From positions 1-64,000 of the IMG/VR virus record IMGVR_UViG_3300048672_000430: a DNA stretch of 64,000 nt, one strand, 5' to 3'. Shown in pieces: positions 1 through 9,756 of this stretch. The position numbers were made by a program, and so were the translations under genes. Origin of the DNA: a virus. Under the pieces are notes generated by a model. That model did no database searches and had not been told where the DNA came from. It worked only from the letters and a program-made list of their open reading frames with translations. How positions within the stretch are numbered: position 1 is the first letter of the stretch; each line of letters starts with the position of its first letter.

Positions 1-1907
1 CCGTTATTTACAACAATAGCATTAGCTGTACCTGATGCTAATTTTGTTCTATCAATATTAGCCGCTGCTTTAATGTCAGCATTTTCGATATTTGTAATAG
101 TATTCGAGTCTGCGTCGATTGTTTTATTTGTTAATGTTTGAACAGATTGATTACCCACTAAAGTTGTTGTAGAGTCTGGTAAGGTAATTGTTCTAGCAAA
201 TGTAGAGTTTGAAACTAGTGTAGTTGTAACACCAGTAGATCCTTGAACGTCTATTGCTAATTTTTTAGTGTTATCTGCTGAGTCTACAATAGATGTAGAA
301 GAATCAACTAATGACTTATTTGTTAAAGTCTGAGTTGATGTAGTTCCCACTAATGTTGTAGTACCAGAAGGTATAGTAACAGTACCGCCATTATTAATTT
401 GCGAAATGGTTGGATTAGATAAGGTCTTGTTTGTTAGAGTTTGAGTTGTACCTACACCAACTAAAGTATCAGAAGTGTCAGGAAAAGTAATAACTCTATT
501 TACTGTTTGAGAAGATTGTAAAGTTAAAGTTGTTCCAGTTGTAGCTGGGCCGTTTTCAAATATAACCTTTTTTGTAGCATCTGCTGATCCGACAATTGAT
601 GTTGTTGCATCAACTAAAGATTTATTTGTCAACGTTTGTGTTAAGTTTGTACCAACTAAAGTTGTTGAACCTGTTGGAATTGTAACTGTTCCACCGTTAT
701 TTATTTGAGAGATTGTAGGACTTGTTAAAGTTTTATTTGTTAAAGTTTGACTTGCTCCAACACCTACTAATGTATCAGATACATCTGGTAACGTAATAAC
801 TCTATCTACGGTTTGAGAAGATTGTATTACAGTTTTAGTATTTGTTGTTCCTGTTGCATCAAATCCAATTTTTTTAGTGGCATCAGCAGCATCTACTACA
901 AATGTAGAACTATCAACTAAAGACTTATTTGTAAGAGTTGCAATATCACTGTTTTTTGTAGCATCAGAAGTATTATCTACGTTACCCAATCCTAATGACG
1001 ATTTAGTTATTACAACTACTCCAGTTTGTCCGTTAACTGAAACTACCGCATTTGAATTAGCCGATTTTTGCCATACTGTACCAGAATAAACAACCCAATC
1101 ACCTACATCAAAAGTAATTGATCCGCTACCTAGATTTTGAGTTCCAGCAACTGATACTAGGTATACCATACCAGCATCACCTGTACCATCTACTAGGGTA
1201 GGAGTGTTTGTTGAAGCATTATATGTTCCTTCATAAGTCATTACCGAAGAAGGTAATTGTGACACAGGTACTTTACCACCAGCGTCTAGAGTAGCAACTC
1301 CGTTATTTACTCCTTTTTCAGAAGAAGGGATCTTGCTATTAATTTGTGTTTGAATAGAACTAGTTACACCTGATACATAACCTAATTCTGCATCTGTTAC
1401 AGAAGAAGCAGTAATGACTCCTGCAAGATCAGACACTAATGCTTTAGAAGCAGTTAATGTTGATAATTTAGATAAATCGATATTTGCACCAGATTTAATA
1501 TCTGCGTTTTCAATATTTGTAATAGTATTTAAATCGGCATCAATTGTTTTATTTGTTAATGTTTGTGTGTCAGAAATACCTACAGCAGCAGATCCTAAAC
1601 TAGATAATTGTTGGAACTCAGTATTTGAAACTGAACCATCTGCTATCTTAGTTGCGTCAATTGCAGCAGCAGCCTTGATATCAGCGTTTTCAATATTAGT
1701 GATAGTGTTTGTGTCAGCATCTATAGATTTATTCGTTAAAGTAGCTGTATGGTCTTCTGTAACGATTGGTGATCTACTTACACCATCATGATAGTTTAAT
1801 TTACCACTAGTGTTATCTACTTCTAATTCGCCTTTACTGTCTGAAGTTAAAGCCGACTTAGCTTTAATTTTTAGTCCGTCCCATATCGTTTTAAAATTAA
1901 TAGCCAT
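1..1907 (-). CDS. Tail fibre/virion fibre protein with TLTNK repeats, truncated at window start
   Basis: Absent from ORF track (no stop in window). Read by hand from ATG at 1907: MAINFKTIWDGLKIK..., open to position 1; repeated QTLTNK(T/S), GVATLDAGGKVP and SVNGQTG motifs typical of phage fibres. Confidence 0.75.
   Translation of the reverse strand, partial: MAINFKTIWDGLKIKAKSALTSDSKGELEVDNTSGKLNYHDGVSRSPIVTEDHTATLTNKSIDADTNTITNIENADIKAAAAIDATKIADGSVSNTEFQQLSSLGSAAVGISDTQTLTNKTIDADLNTITNIENADIKSGANIDLSKLSTLTASKALVSDLAGVITASSVTDAELGYVSGVTSSIQTQINSKIPSSEKGVNNGVATLDAGGKVPVSQLPSSVMTYEGTYNASTNTPTLVDGTGDAGMVYLVSVAGTQNLGSGSITFDVGDWVVYSGTVWQKSANSNAVVSVNGQTGVVVITKSSLGLGNVDNTSDATKNSDIATLTNKSLVDSSTFVVDAADATKKIGFDATGTTNTKTVIQSSQTVDRVITLPDVSDTLVGVGASQTLTNKTLTSPTISQINNGGTVTIPTGSTTLVGTNLTQTLTNKSLVDATTSIVGSADATKKVIFENGPATTGTTLTLQSSQTVNRVITFPDTSDTLVGVGTTQTLTNKTLSNPTISQINNGGTVTIPSGTTTLVGTTSTQTLTNKSLVDSSTSIVDSADNTKKLAIDVQGSTGVTTTLVSNSTFARTITLPDSTTTLVGNQSVQTLTNKTIDADSNTITNIENADIKAAANIDRTKLASGTANAIVVNN
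130..940 (-). repeat. Degenerate intragenic tandem repeat, about 300 bp (100 aa) period
   Basis: TLTNKSLVD...ADxTKK...R(V/T)IT(L/F)PD recurs with TNKSLVD near 921, 620 and 313; PTISQINNGGTVTIP occurs twice. Confidence 0.75.
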
Positions 1908-1921
1908 ATAATCCCTTGTTG

Positions 1922-2431
1922 TTAAATAGTGTTAAGAATACTTAGTGCTCTATACGCAAGAAGACCAGAATGATTAATTCCAGTTAATGATAAAGTAGAA
2001 AATTCAACTTGTCCTATGTCTGTAACATGAAACAAAATACTGGCATCATTTTCTCCCATTCTACCAATTTCCCATTTTTGTCCAGAAGGTCTGTTGTTAT
2101 TATAGACACACTCTAGAGTTCCTGTTTCTGAAACTTCTACAGCGTCACCGGCAGCAGGAGCTGATTCAGTAGTTTTGCGATATACAGTATAAAATACAGT
2201 AAACGCTCTAACGTCTGCTGGAGGAAATGTTAAATTATCAATAGGTATATTTGATCCGTTTGGATAAGCGTCGATATTAATTGTTTGTGGTGCAACGTCA
2301 TAAGTACCCGTAAAGACGTTAACAGCATCTGCTATAGATTGAAAGGCTTCGATAATAGCTGGAGCCCAATCTGGTGAACTACCTGAATTTGGTAGATCAA
2401 TTACAGTACCTTTTACAATAATTTTTGGCAT
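1922..2431 (-). CDS. Virion structural protein (hypothetical)
   Basis: 169 aa ORF with AGAGG RBS, between capsid and fibre genes, preceded by the late motif. Confidence 0.5.
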   Translation of the reverse strand: MPKIIVKGTVIDLPNSGSSPDWAPAIIEAFQSIADAVNVFTGTYDVAPQTINIDAYPNGSNIPIDNLTFPPADVRAFTVFYTVYRKTTESAPAAGDAVEVSETGTLECVYNNNRPSGQKWEIGRMGENDASILFHVTDIGQVEFSTLSLTGINHSGLLAYRALSILNTI

Positions 2432-2445
2432 AGAAAACCTCTATG

Positions 2446-2457
2446 TATAGTTGTTAA
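2446..2457 (-). promoter_or_regulatory. Putative late promoter motif TTAACAACTATA
   Basis: Intergenic copy of a motif recurring upstream of structural genes. Confidence 0.7.
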
Positions 2458-2473
2458 TAAAGAACCAATAAAT

Positions 2474-2501
2474 AAAAAAGGCCCAACAGAACGTCAGGCC
2501 T
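2474..2501 (-). terminator. Intrinsic terminator after major capsid gene
   Basis: Minus strand AGGCCTGAC-GTTCT-GTTGGGCCT followed by T run. Confidence 0.8.
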
Positions 2502-2526
2502 AAAGATAGGTTATAAATGTGAGGAA

Positions 2527-3789
2527 TTATGCAGCGTTAACGATTCCAGTTAATAGAACGTTTTTACCAGGTGCACAACAGAATACTGCTTGGTCAGTAT
2601 ATAATCTCATTTCGTATCCAGCAGAGTTTTCTAAGTCACGGAAGAAATCTTCACCTTGACCTGGACGTTTGAAAGTGATATCGCTTGAACCAACTCTTGA
2701 CCATTCTTCAAGTGCCAATCCGTATGCGTATCCTTCTTTAACGTAGATTGAAGGGATGATTTCAAGTTCACCGTTTTGTGAGTGGAACTTAATTGACTTA
2801 GCTCCGTTCTCAACTTTTACTGGAGAATATGATTGATCATACATTCTAAGAGCAGCTTGATCATTTAATAGATCAGCCCATCCACGAGGGTTAACGAAAA
2901 CTGTAAGTTTAGAATCCAATCCTTTTTCAACCGGTCTAGCAGCAGCTTTAGTTAATTTAGTGAATGATAATGGCCCTGAAACAGCGTATGAATTACCTTT
3001 GAAAAGGTTATAAGATCCTACGTTGATATTGAACATAGTTCCTGAAGTTGTTTCAAGAATTTTGTGGATACCAGCAAACTCATGATCTTTTGCACCTTTA
3101 TGGAAGATAACGTCAGAAGTTGTAACACCAGCAGCGAAAGCTGAAGTAGTTACAGTTACAGTTTTTGCATCCATATCTACTGAAGCAACAACGAATGAAC
3201 CACGTAAAGTAGCTAAAGTTGAGTCGTAAATATCGATTGGCATACCTTCTGCACCTGCCCAAATACCTGGAGCCCATTCTGCATCAGCAATAGCGATAAC
3301 AGTTGGAGATCCTACTAATACAGCAGATTCTACAGCAGCATATCCCTTTTGTCCGTAAAGCATTTGGATTTCTAGTTTTTTAGACATAGATCTTAACATG
3401 TTAGATACTAAGTATTTAGTAGCTTCCATGAAAGCTTGTGATCCACCCTTCATAGCTCTTGAAGCAGCAGCATATCCAAGGATTGAACGCATAACCATTG
3501 GGTTACCACGAACTTGAGCGTCCTTGATTTGTCCAGCGATAGCTGGTAATAAGTTGAAAGCATCTTCGTCTGAAGAAGCGAAAGTTACACCGTGCTCCAT
3601 TCCTAGGATTACTGGTTGGTGGAAAAGGTTACCACCTTGTTTTTCTTTTGATGCAAATGAGATTGCATTGATAATTTTAAGACCTTCTGGAATTAGATCT
3701 TTAAGCTTATCAGCATATTGTTCTTTGAAAAAACCGTTAAGGTTCCCAACTACGTTATCTGGTGTTGAGAATACGTTACTTGTTGACAT
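2527..3789 (-). CDS. Major capsid protein
   Basis: 420 aa, follows scaffold-like gene, strong terminator after it; NGFFKEQY N-terminus and GL/IHKI-type motif as in HK97-fold capsids. Confidence 0.75.
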   Translation of the reverse strand: MSTSNVFSTPDNVVGNLNGFFKEQYADKLKDLIPEGLKIINAISFASKEKQGGNLFHQPVILGMEHGVTFASSDEDAFNLLPAIAGQIKDAQVRGNPMVMRSILGYAAASRAMKGGSQAFMEATKYLVSNMLRSMSKKLEIQMLYGQKGYAAVESAVLVGSPTVIAIADAEWAPGIWAGAEGMPIDIYDSTLATLRGSFVVASVDMDAKTVTVTTSAFAAGVTTSDVIFHKGAKDHEFAGIHKILETTSGTMFNINVGSYNLFKGNSYAVSGPLSFTKLTKAAARPVEKGLDSKLTVFVNPRGWADLLNDQAALRMYDQSYSPVKVENGAKSIKFHSQNGELEIIPSIYVKEGYAYGLALEEWSRVGSSDITFKRPGQGEDFFRDLENSAGYEMRLYTDQAVFCCAPGKNVLLTGIVNAA

Positions 3790-3926
3790 TGTTTACTCCG
3801 TGTTAATTAATTGTTATAATAAGTTTTTAAAAATGTAGCTGACTTGTCAATTTTCGTAAGTTTTGGTATTTCCGCCCGGAGAGGTAACAGAAAATCTAAT
3901 TTACTAGTATAACAATAAGTTACAAA

Positions 3927-3938
3927 TATAGTTGTTAA
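3927..3938 (-). promoter_or_regulatory. Putative late promoter motif upstream of capsid gene
   Basis: TTAACAACTATA on minus strand, intergenic. Confidence 0.7.
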
Positions 3939-3957
3939 AAATACTAAACTGCTCATG

Positions 3958-4869
3958 TTAGATTCCAAAGAAGTCTCGCATAGTTACCTTCTGAGCTGGC
4001 TTAACTTCTTCTTGTTTCTTAGCAGCAACGTCCTTAGCTATTGATTTTATTGGAGTTGGTGCTTTTTTAGCAGAAGCTAATCTACTCTTTCTAAGCTTAT
4101 CAAGTACTTCTTTGCCCATTAAAGCTTCTACCTTATCTACCGGTAAAACGTTTAAAAGGTGCTTAACGTCGTTATTTACTTCTTCTCTAACGATATTAGC
4201 AATAATATCCATATCAGGCTCATAACCAGCATCTACGGCAATTGACATATACTTAGTCATTTTATCAACAATATATGGATTTGACGGTAAATCAGGGTTA
4301 GCATCTAAAGCCCCAGTAAGCATGTTTTCATACTTTTCATATGATCTTTCAAGGGTTTGTTGATATGCTCTATCTTCAGCGTCTTTCTTTTCACGTTGAC
4401 GCTCTTCTTCAATTTCTCGCAACTTAGCTTCATATTGCTCAATTTTTAATTGTTCAGGACTTTTCTTAGAGTTCTCAATTTCTTCCTCTAGTATCTCTGC
4501 TGCCAATTGCTTAATGTCGATTCCGATCATTGGATTAGCTAAAGCTTTACGAGGGTTACTTTTAAGTTCTTGTAAAAAAGAAACAACTTCGCTTTCTAAT
4601 GCTTTTGCTTCTTGTGCTTTAGATTGAGATAACTTAGCTAATTGTAATTGCTTAGTCATATACTCGATAGCTGCTGGATCATCATCGATTTCAAACGGTA
4701 GCTTTTCTTCGATCTCTCTACCATTATACTTAATCTTTAATGAATTGATTCTTTTCTTCTCAGCGGCAGTAAGAGGTACTTCTTCAAGTACTTCTTCATT
4801 CTCTAATTCTACATCACTTAATTCTTGGGGTTCGACCACAGATGGGTCTACGATTGATTCGTCAGACAT
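3958..4869 (-). CDS. Capsid scaffolding protein
   Basis: Acidic N-terminus, KIKYNGREIE motif, coiled coil, basic C-terminus ending DFFGI; directly upstream of capsid. Confidence 0.65.
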   Translation of the reverse strand: MSDESIVDPSVVEPQELSDVELENEEVLEEVPLTAAEKKRINSLKIKYNGREIEEKLPFEIDDDPAAIEYMTKQLQLAKLSQSKAQEAKALESEVVSFLQELKSNPRKALANPMIGIDIKQLAAEILEEEIENSKKSPEQLKIEQYEAKLREIEEERQREKKDAEDRAYQQTLERSYEKYENMLTGALDANPDLPSNPYIVDKMTKYMSIAVDAGYEPDMDIIANIVREEVNNDVKHLLNVLPVDKVEALMGKEVLDKLRKSRLASAKKAPTPIKSIAKDVAAKKQEEVKPAQKVTMRDFFGI

Positions 4870-4943
4870 AATTACTCCATTATAAATTTGCCCTTGCGGT
4901 TACAAATTATATTACACGCCTTGTTATTAAGGTAGTGTTTATA

Positions 4944-4955
4944 AGTAGTTGTTAA
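4944..4955 (-). promoter_or_regulatory. Putative late promoter motif upstream of scaffold gene
   Basis: TTAACAACTACT on minus strand at the end of the preceding gene. Confidence 0.65.
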
Positions 4956-4956
4956 T

Positions 4957-5394
4957 TTATATACTTAAACTCTTCAAATATTCATCAATTTGTGCAGGTG
5001 TAGTTTCATCATCTACCCAATCTAATCTTAATGCTTTGCCAACAAACTCAGAACAAATAAATGAGCTATTTTTATTATCTTTAAAAAATTGTTTAATTCC
5101 AAATAGATATCTAATACCTATTGAAATTAATTGTTTGTATCCGTATTTTTTACCTAATTGTCTTTTAACAAAATCAAAATCTATATCTTCGTGCTTTACT
5201 TCATATTCATTAATAATTTTATTATCAGCTAAGAATACATCAATATGTGTAACATTAACCGCACCATGACTAGCTTGAAATACAAGATCTTTGTATATTA
5301 TTAATACATGGGAAAATTCAGTACCTTGAACCTTTTTAATAAGTTCTGCCCCAATTTTAAATTTAATAGGACTAGATACTGCTATCTTGATCAT
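4957..5394 (-). CDS. Permuted papain-like (YaeF/YiiX-type NlpC/P60) protein
   Basis: FSHV near N-terminus, LGKKYG, FICSEFV near C-terminus (His before Cys); start moved to ATG 5394 for ATGA overlap. Confidence 0.7.
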   Translation of the reverse strand: MIKIAVSSPIKFKIGAELIKKVQGTEFSHVLIIYKDLVFQASHGAVNVTHIDVFLADNKIINEYEVKHEDIDFDFVKRQLGKKYGYKQLISIGIRYLFGIKQFFKDNKNSSFICSEFVGKALRLDWVDDETTPAQIDEYLKSLSI

Positions 5395-5798
5395 AAAGTT
5401 CCTGCATATAACCATAGGTCATCTAGTTGCTGAGAACTATAATTTAACATCTGTGCTACAATTGGAATTAAAGCATTATTACGTTGAAATGCTGTAGAAT
5501 ACTTCCAAGCAATCATAGCAGCTTCTTTTGTTGGGCTAGGTAAACTATTAATGATACTATCAATCATAGCTTCTGTTACACCAACTCCTAATAACGCCAT
5601 TCTAATTTGTCTTGGAGTTACATCAGGAATTTTAATTACAGCTTGTCCTCTAGTAATAACAGATTCAGCTTCATTACCAGCGTGTATCCATGCTACATAT
5701 TCTAAATAGTTTGGATCGTCATCTGACTGACATGGAGCTACTATAACTTCATCTGAATTTCTAATTACAATACCTTCATCTAAAATAATTTTATACAT
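5391..5798 (-). CDS. Tail fibre-associated/chaperone-like protein
   Basis: NYLEYVAWIHAGN, VTPRQIRMAL, WKYSTAFQR and QLDDLW motifs seen in small genes after fibre genes; start moved to ATG 5798. Confidence 0.5.
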   Translation of the reverse strand: MYKIILDEGIVIRNSDEVIVAPCQSDDDPNYLEYVAWIHAGNEAESVITRGQAVIKIPDVTPRQIRMALLGVGVTEAMIDSIINSLPSPTKEAAMIAWKYSTAFQRNNALIPIVAQMLNYSSQQLDDLWLYAGTL

Positions 5799-5799
5799 A

Positions 5800-8700
5800 T
5801 TAATTATCCGTTTCAATGTAGATAGAACAAATATCTACCCCAACCGCTAGAGCTGTTGTATTATTTGTTCTAAATTGTCTATAAGTTAATAATGTAGTAC
5901 TTGCTGGTACTGTAGTCCCCGGTGTTCCTGATAGTGTACCTGAAACACTCACTCCACTTCCTAAATTAGTAATTTGATAATTTACTACGGCATTTTGTTC
6001 TGGAGAAGAGAATAGTGCAATTTCCCAAGCCGTATTTGTTAAAGTTGGAGCACCTAACCCTGTACCTAATGCTATTGCAGTTTGAGCTACTGATCCACCA
6101 TATACTAAATACCATTGTGTAGCATCTGTAGATAGTTGAGCCATGCCTATCGAGTTTGTAAGTGTGTTAGGCTGTACGTTAGTTGGAGCTGCTGTTGTAG
6201 AACTTACTCCACAAAAATGTCTAGCTCCAGTTACTGTTGCAGCATCTGAAACAACAAATCTAGTTACAAAATGGAATCCACCTAAACCAGTTCCTGTACC
6301 TGTTGTAAACTGAGCATTAGCTATATAATGACTAGCTAAGTTACCAGCAACTGCTGTAGACACATACCCTATTCTTCTCATTCTAGTGGCAATATTGGTT
6401 GTAGCTACTGTTCTAGCTGTAGCTGTTCCTACTATTGTTGGAGCTGTTAATCCAAAGACTCCAGGCACTGTTGTAGCATTTCCCGGAGGGTTCCAGTAAG
6501 CTATTTTATTTCTAGATAATAATGGCTGTACTGTGGTATCTAATCCTGATGGGCCAATAAAAGCTGGCATTATTCTACCTGCAATACTTTTACCGAACAA
6601 TTTTACAGTAGAAGCTGGAGGAGTTGCTGGAGCTGCATTAGTTGCTAATGTTAAATCATTATTATTAATTGTTACATTAGAAGCTCCAGCAAATGCTCCT
6701 GCATTATTATACTGTACTTGAGTAGTTGATCCACCCGGAGAACCTGATAGTGTTACTGGAACCCAGTTAGCACCGTTCCATTGAGGAACTTGATTATTTG
6801 TTGCTCCTGATTGCGTAATGGTAGATAGATCTTGTTGGTGATACCCTACTGCTGGAAAAATAAAAGTTACATCGTCCGTACCTAATGTAGTTAAAGTTCC
6901 AAACTGAACTAAAGATTTATTAGCATTACTTCCTTCAGAAACATACACCATAACATCTTTTAATCGAGCTGCTGTATTTGCATCTGATGCTCTAGTCATG
7001 GCATTTCCAGATCCATTGTATACGTAAATTCCATTTTGACTACTAACGGTCTGGTTAAAAAGTAATACCCTGTCTCCAGAAACCATTACTGTAAAATCGA
7101 TATTGGCTGGAGCTGAAGCAATATTAATATTAGATCCTGCTGAAGATACTCTTACAGTTTTGTATCCAATAACTTCTTGCATATTATCTAATTTAGATTT
7201 GTCAGAAGAAGCCATGAAACCATTTACAGAAGTAGTAGCTGCTGCGTGGTGAGTTCCATCTGTCTGAGATCCGTGTGCGTGAATATGATCTTGTCTAGCA
7301 AAAGCATTAGCTGTACCAGTTTGATTTGTACCGTCGATAGTAGAAGGAGTACCTGTAGCTAAAGGATCTGCACCATTTGGTAAATGTCTAGAAGCGTGTG
7401 CTTCAATAGTAACACCATTTGCTGTACCAATATTTGTAATATTATTGCTACCTAAATTTAAGTTACCAGTTAAAGTTCTACCACCATTAGTTAATAAATA
7501 TTGCGGATGATCATCTGCACTCAATCCAGTTAAGTTAGCATGGACTGAAGCAGCCGAAACACCTGAAGCTTGAAAAGCTAATGTCGGTCTTTCACTTCTA
7601 ATTTGAGAAATATTTGTGTCACCTTGTTTTTGAATTATAGACGCAATTAAACAAATAGTACCAGTAAACCAATCTGGAGGAGTTGGGATTGTTCCAGATT
7701 CTGCATTTACTAAATTTGAATATTCAACTTGTCCCATTACTAAGAATAGTTTTTCGTTAGCACCTTCTCCTGAAGTATATAGTGCATCTCTTCTATAGTA
7801 ATTATTAGATAATGAAACTAAAGTTCCAGATCCATTATCATATTGTGTATTATTAATTTGAGTTTGACTTGCTGTGAAATTGTGTCCACCTGAACCATTT
7901 TCAGTAACTAAAGTAAAACTTACTCCAGTTCCTCCAGATGGATTCATTTCTACTGTACCATACTGATATTTACCAGAAGATACATTCAGACCTCTCGTTC
8001 CATTTTCTGTAACGATTGATCCTGATATATAGATTGCTCCCATATTTCTTGCAAATGTTTCCATTGCATTTCCATGATGTAGCGATTCCATAATAGCACT
8101 ACCTGTCCATAAAACAGAAGATGCTGCTGTCCTAATTCTAGCTAAGTATATTTTGTTAACTAGTCCGGGATTTGAAGTTTGTGCTTGGACTGTCCCTGCT
8201 GAATCTACACAAATATAATATGTAGTATTAGCTGAAAGTCCGCTTAAAGTTGTTGCACCCCATGTTACTTTTGCAACATAGTCGTTTGTAGAGTCATAGC
8301 AGAAACCTTCTCCTGCTGTAACATTAACTGAAAGTCCAGAAGCAGCAGATACTGCTCCGCCTGTATAAGATCCTGTTGTACCTGTTTTTGTAATCAATGT
8401 ACTGATTGGAGTTAACTTAGATAATTTACTCCCTTGTTGGACTTCTCCAATAGTAATAATACCGCCATAATTAGCATCTGTAATTTGTGCAGCAGTAGTT
8501 ACTCCATCTGCTATAGTTATCTTACTAGGAGTAGCTGTGATTGATAATGATGTTGATGAGCCGGGATTTAGAATAGAAATATCAGTAGTATTGTTTAAAA
8601 ATTGAGCACCTACTATATCAATATCCGAACCAGCTCCAGTATTCTCGTTTAATAATCCTATACCTGTTCCAGAAAACATTCTAATTGTAGCATCAGAGAT

Positions 8701-9747
8701 TAAAAGCTCTCCACCATTTAGAATTTTTATACCTATATTATCAGCTCCTCCGGTAAGACCTACAGAGTTCATAATAAGTTCAGCACCTGTACCACTTGAA
8801 TAACAATGTACTGGATTTGTACCAGCAGAAGCATACGAGTAAAAGTTTTCTGCTTGTAGTCTTGCTAGATTTGTAGCTGTGCTTCTGTTTCTTAAAGCAA
8901 ATGTATAATTTCCATTTATATCACAATATTCTGAATATAGGATAGAGCTTGTTGTATTGGCAAAATTATCTATACCAATATCAAAATCGTAAATTGATAA
9001 TTTATGTAACTGAGCAAAATCTCCAGCATCTTCTGCATATATAGCTGCTTTACCACTACCAATAGATCCTACTATACCTTTTAAATTTAAAAATGATACT
9101 TCACACATATTATTTAATACTAATAAATGTTGATTAGCATTTTGGGGTACTAAAGTGGAAGCATTAATTGTAGAACCTTTTAGTGATACACCAGAAGGTA
9201 ATATTGCTGGATTATTTACTGTATGAACTCCTGCTCCTAATTCAATTACATATGGCTTTGTTGTAGGATCTGCATCTGTTATACTAGCAATAGCTGAAGT
9301 TAGAGAAGTAAATTCTCCAGCTCCAGCATTACTTACTTTGACTGTAATAATCTGAGGGGTGATTAGTTTATCATCAGATTCTTTTAAATATTGAGTATGC
9401 GGGTCTGATAATCCATTATGAGTAGCCATTGTAGATGCTGCTGTTCCTGCGGCATCAAAATCTCCAGTGTTTGATTGTGCTGCTGTTCCTAAACCTAAAT
9501 TAGTACGAGCTGTTGCGATATTTTGTAAATCGCTTAAATTGTTATTAGCTAATAATGCTCCAGCATTCCCTGCACCTACTTCTCCCCAATCTGTATCTAA
9601 GTCTCCAAACTTTGTCCAGAGTTTACCTTGATCGTCAAGGGCAATAGAACCTTTAGGAGCAGGAGTCCCTTCCGCAAGGGAAGGATCTCCTATTACTTCT
9701 AAAATTACAACTTCGTTTAATGTTAAGGTTCCATTAATAGTAGCCAT
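5800..9747 (-). CDS. Large tail fibre/tailspike protein with probable beta-helix region
   Basis: 1315 aa, G/T/S/A/N rich; NNLSDL..ARTNLGLG, FTSLTSAI...IELGAGVH (beta-helix entry), GDRVLLFNQ...NGIYVY, PGGSTTQVQYNNAGAF. Confidence 0.75.
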   Translation of the reverse strand: MATINGTLTLNEVVILEVIGDPSLAEGTPAPKGSIALDDQGKLWTKFGDLDTDWGEVGAGNAGALLANNNLSDLQNIATARTNLGLGTAAQSNTGDFDAAGTAASTMATHNGLSDPHTQYLKESDDKLITPQIITVKVSNAGAGEFTSLTSAIASITDADPTTKPYVIELGAGVHTVNNPAILPSGVSLKGSTINASTLVPQNANQHLLVLNNMCEVSFLNLKGIVGSIGSGKAAIYAEDAGDFAQLHKLSIYDFDIGIDNFANTTSSILYSEYCDINGNYTFALRNRSTATNLARLQAENFYSYASAGTNPVHCYSSGTGAELIMNSVGLTGGADNIGIKILNGGELLISDATIRMFSGTGIGLLNENTGAGSDIDIVGAQFLNNTTDISILNPGSSTSLSITATPSKITIADGVTTAAQITDANYGGIITIGEVQQGSKLSKLTPISTLITKTGTTGSYTGGAVSAASGLSVNVTAGEGFCYDSTNDYVAKVTWGATTLSGLSANTTYYICVDSAGTVQAQTSNPGLVNKIYLARIRTAASSVLWTGSAIMESLHHGNAMETFARNMGAIYISGSIVTENGTRGLNVSSGKYQYGTVEMNPSGGTGVSFTLVTENGSGGHNFTASQTQINNTQYDNGSGTLVSLSNNYYRRDALYTSGEGANEKLFLVMGQVEYSNLVNAESGTIPTPPDWFTGTICLIASIIQKQGDTNISQIRSERPTLAFQASGVSAASVHANLTGLSADDHPQYLLTNGGRTLTGNLNLGSNNITNIGTANGVTIEAHASRHLPNGADPLATGTPSTIDGTNQTGTANAFARQDHIHAHGSQTDGTHHAAATTSVNGFMASSDKSKLDNMQEVIGYKTVRVSSAGSNINIASAPANIDFTVMVSGDRVLLFNQTVSSQNGIYVYNGSGNAMTRASDANTAARLKDVMVYVSEGSNANKSLVQFGTLTTLGTDDVTFIFPAVGYHQQDLSTITQSGATNNQVPQWNGANWVPVTLSGSPGGSTTQVQYNNAGAFAGASNVTINNNDLTLATNAAPATPPASTVKLFGKSIAGRIMPAFIGPSGLDTTVQPLLSRNKIAYWNPPGNATTVPGVFGLTAPTIVGTATARTVATTNIATRMRRIGYVSTAVAGNLASHYIANAQFTTGTGTGLGGFHFVTRFVVSDAATVTGARHFCGVSSTTAAPTNVQPNTLTNSIGMAQLSTDATQWYLVYGGSVAQTAIALGTGLGAPTLTNTAWEIALFSSPEQNAVVNYQITNLGSGVSVSGTLSGTPGTTVPASTTLLTYRQFRTNNTTALAVGVDICSIYIETDN

Positions 9748-9756
9748 TCAAACCTC

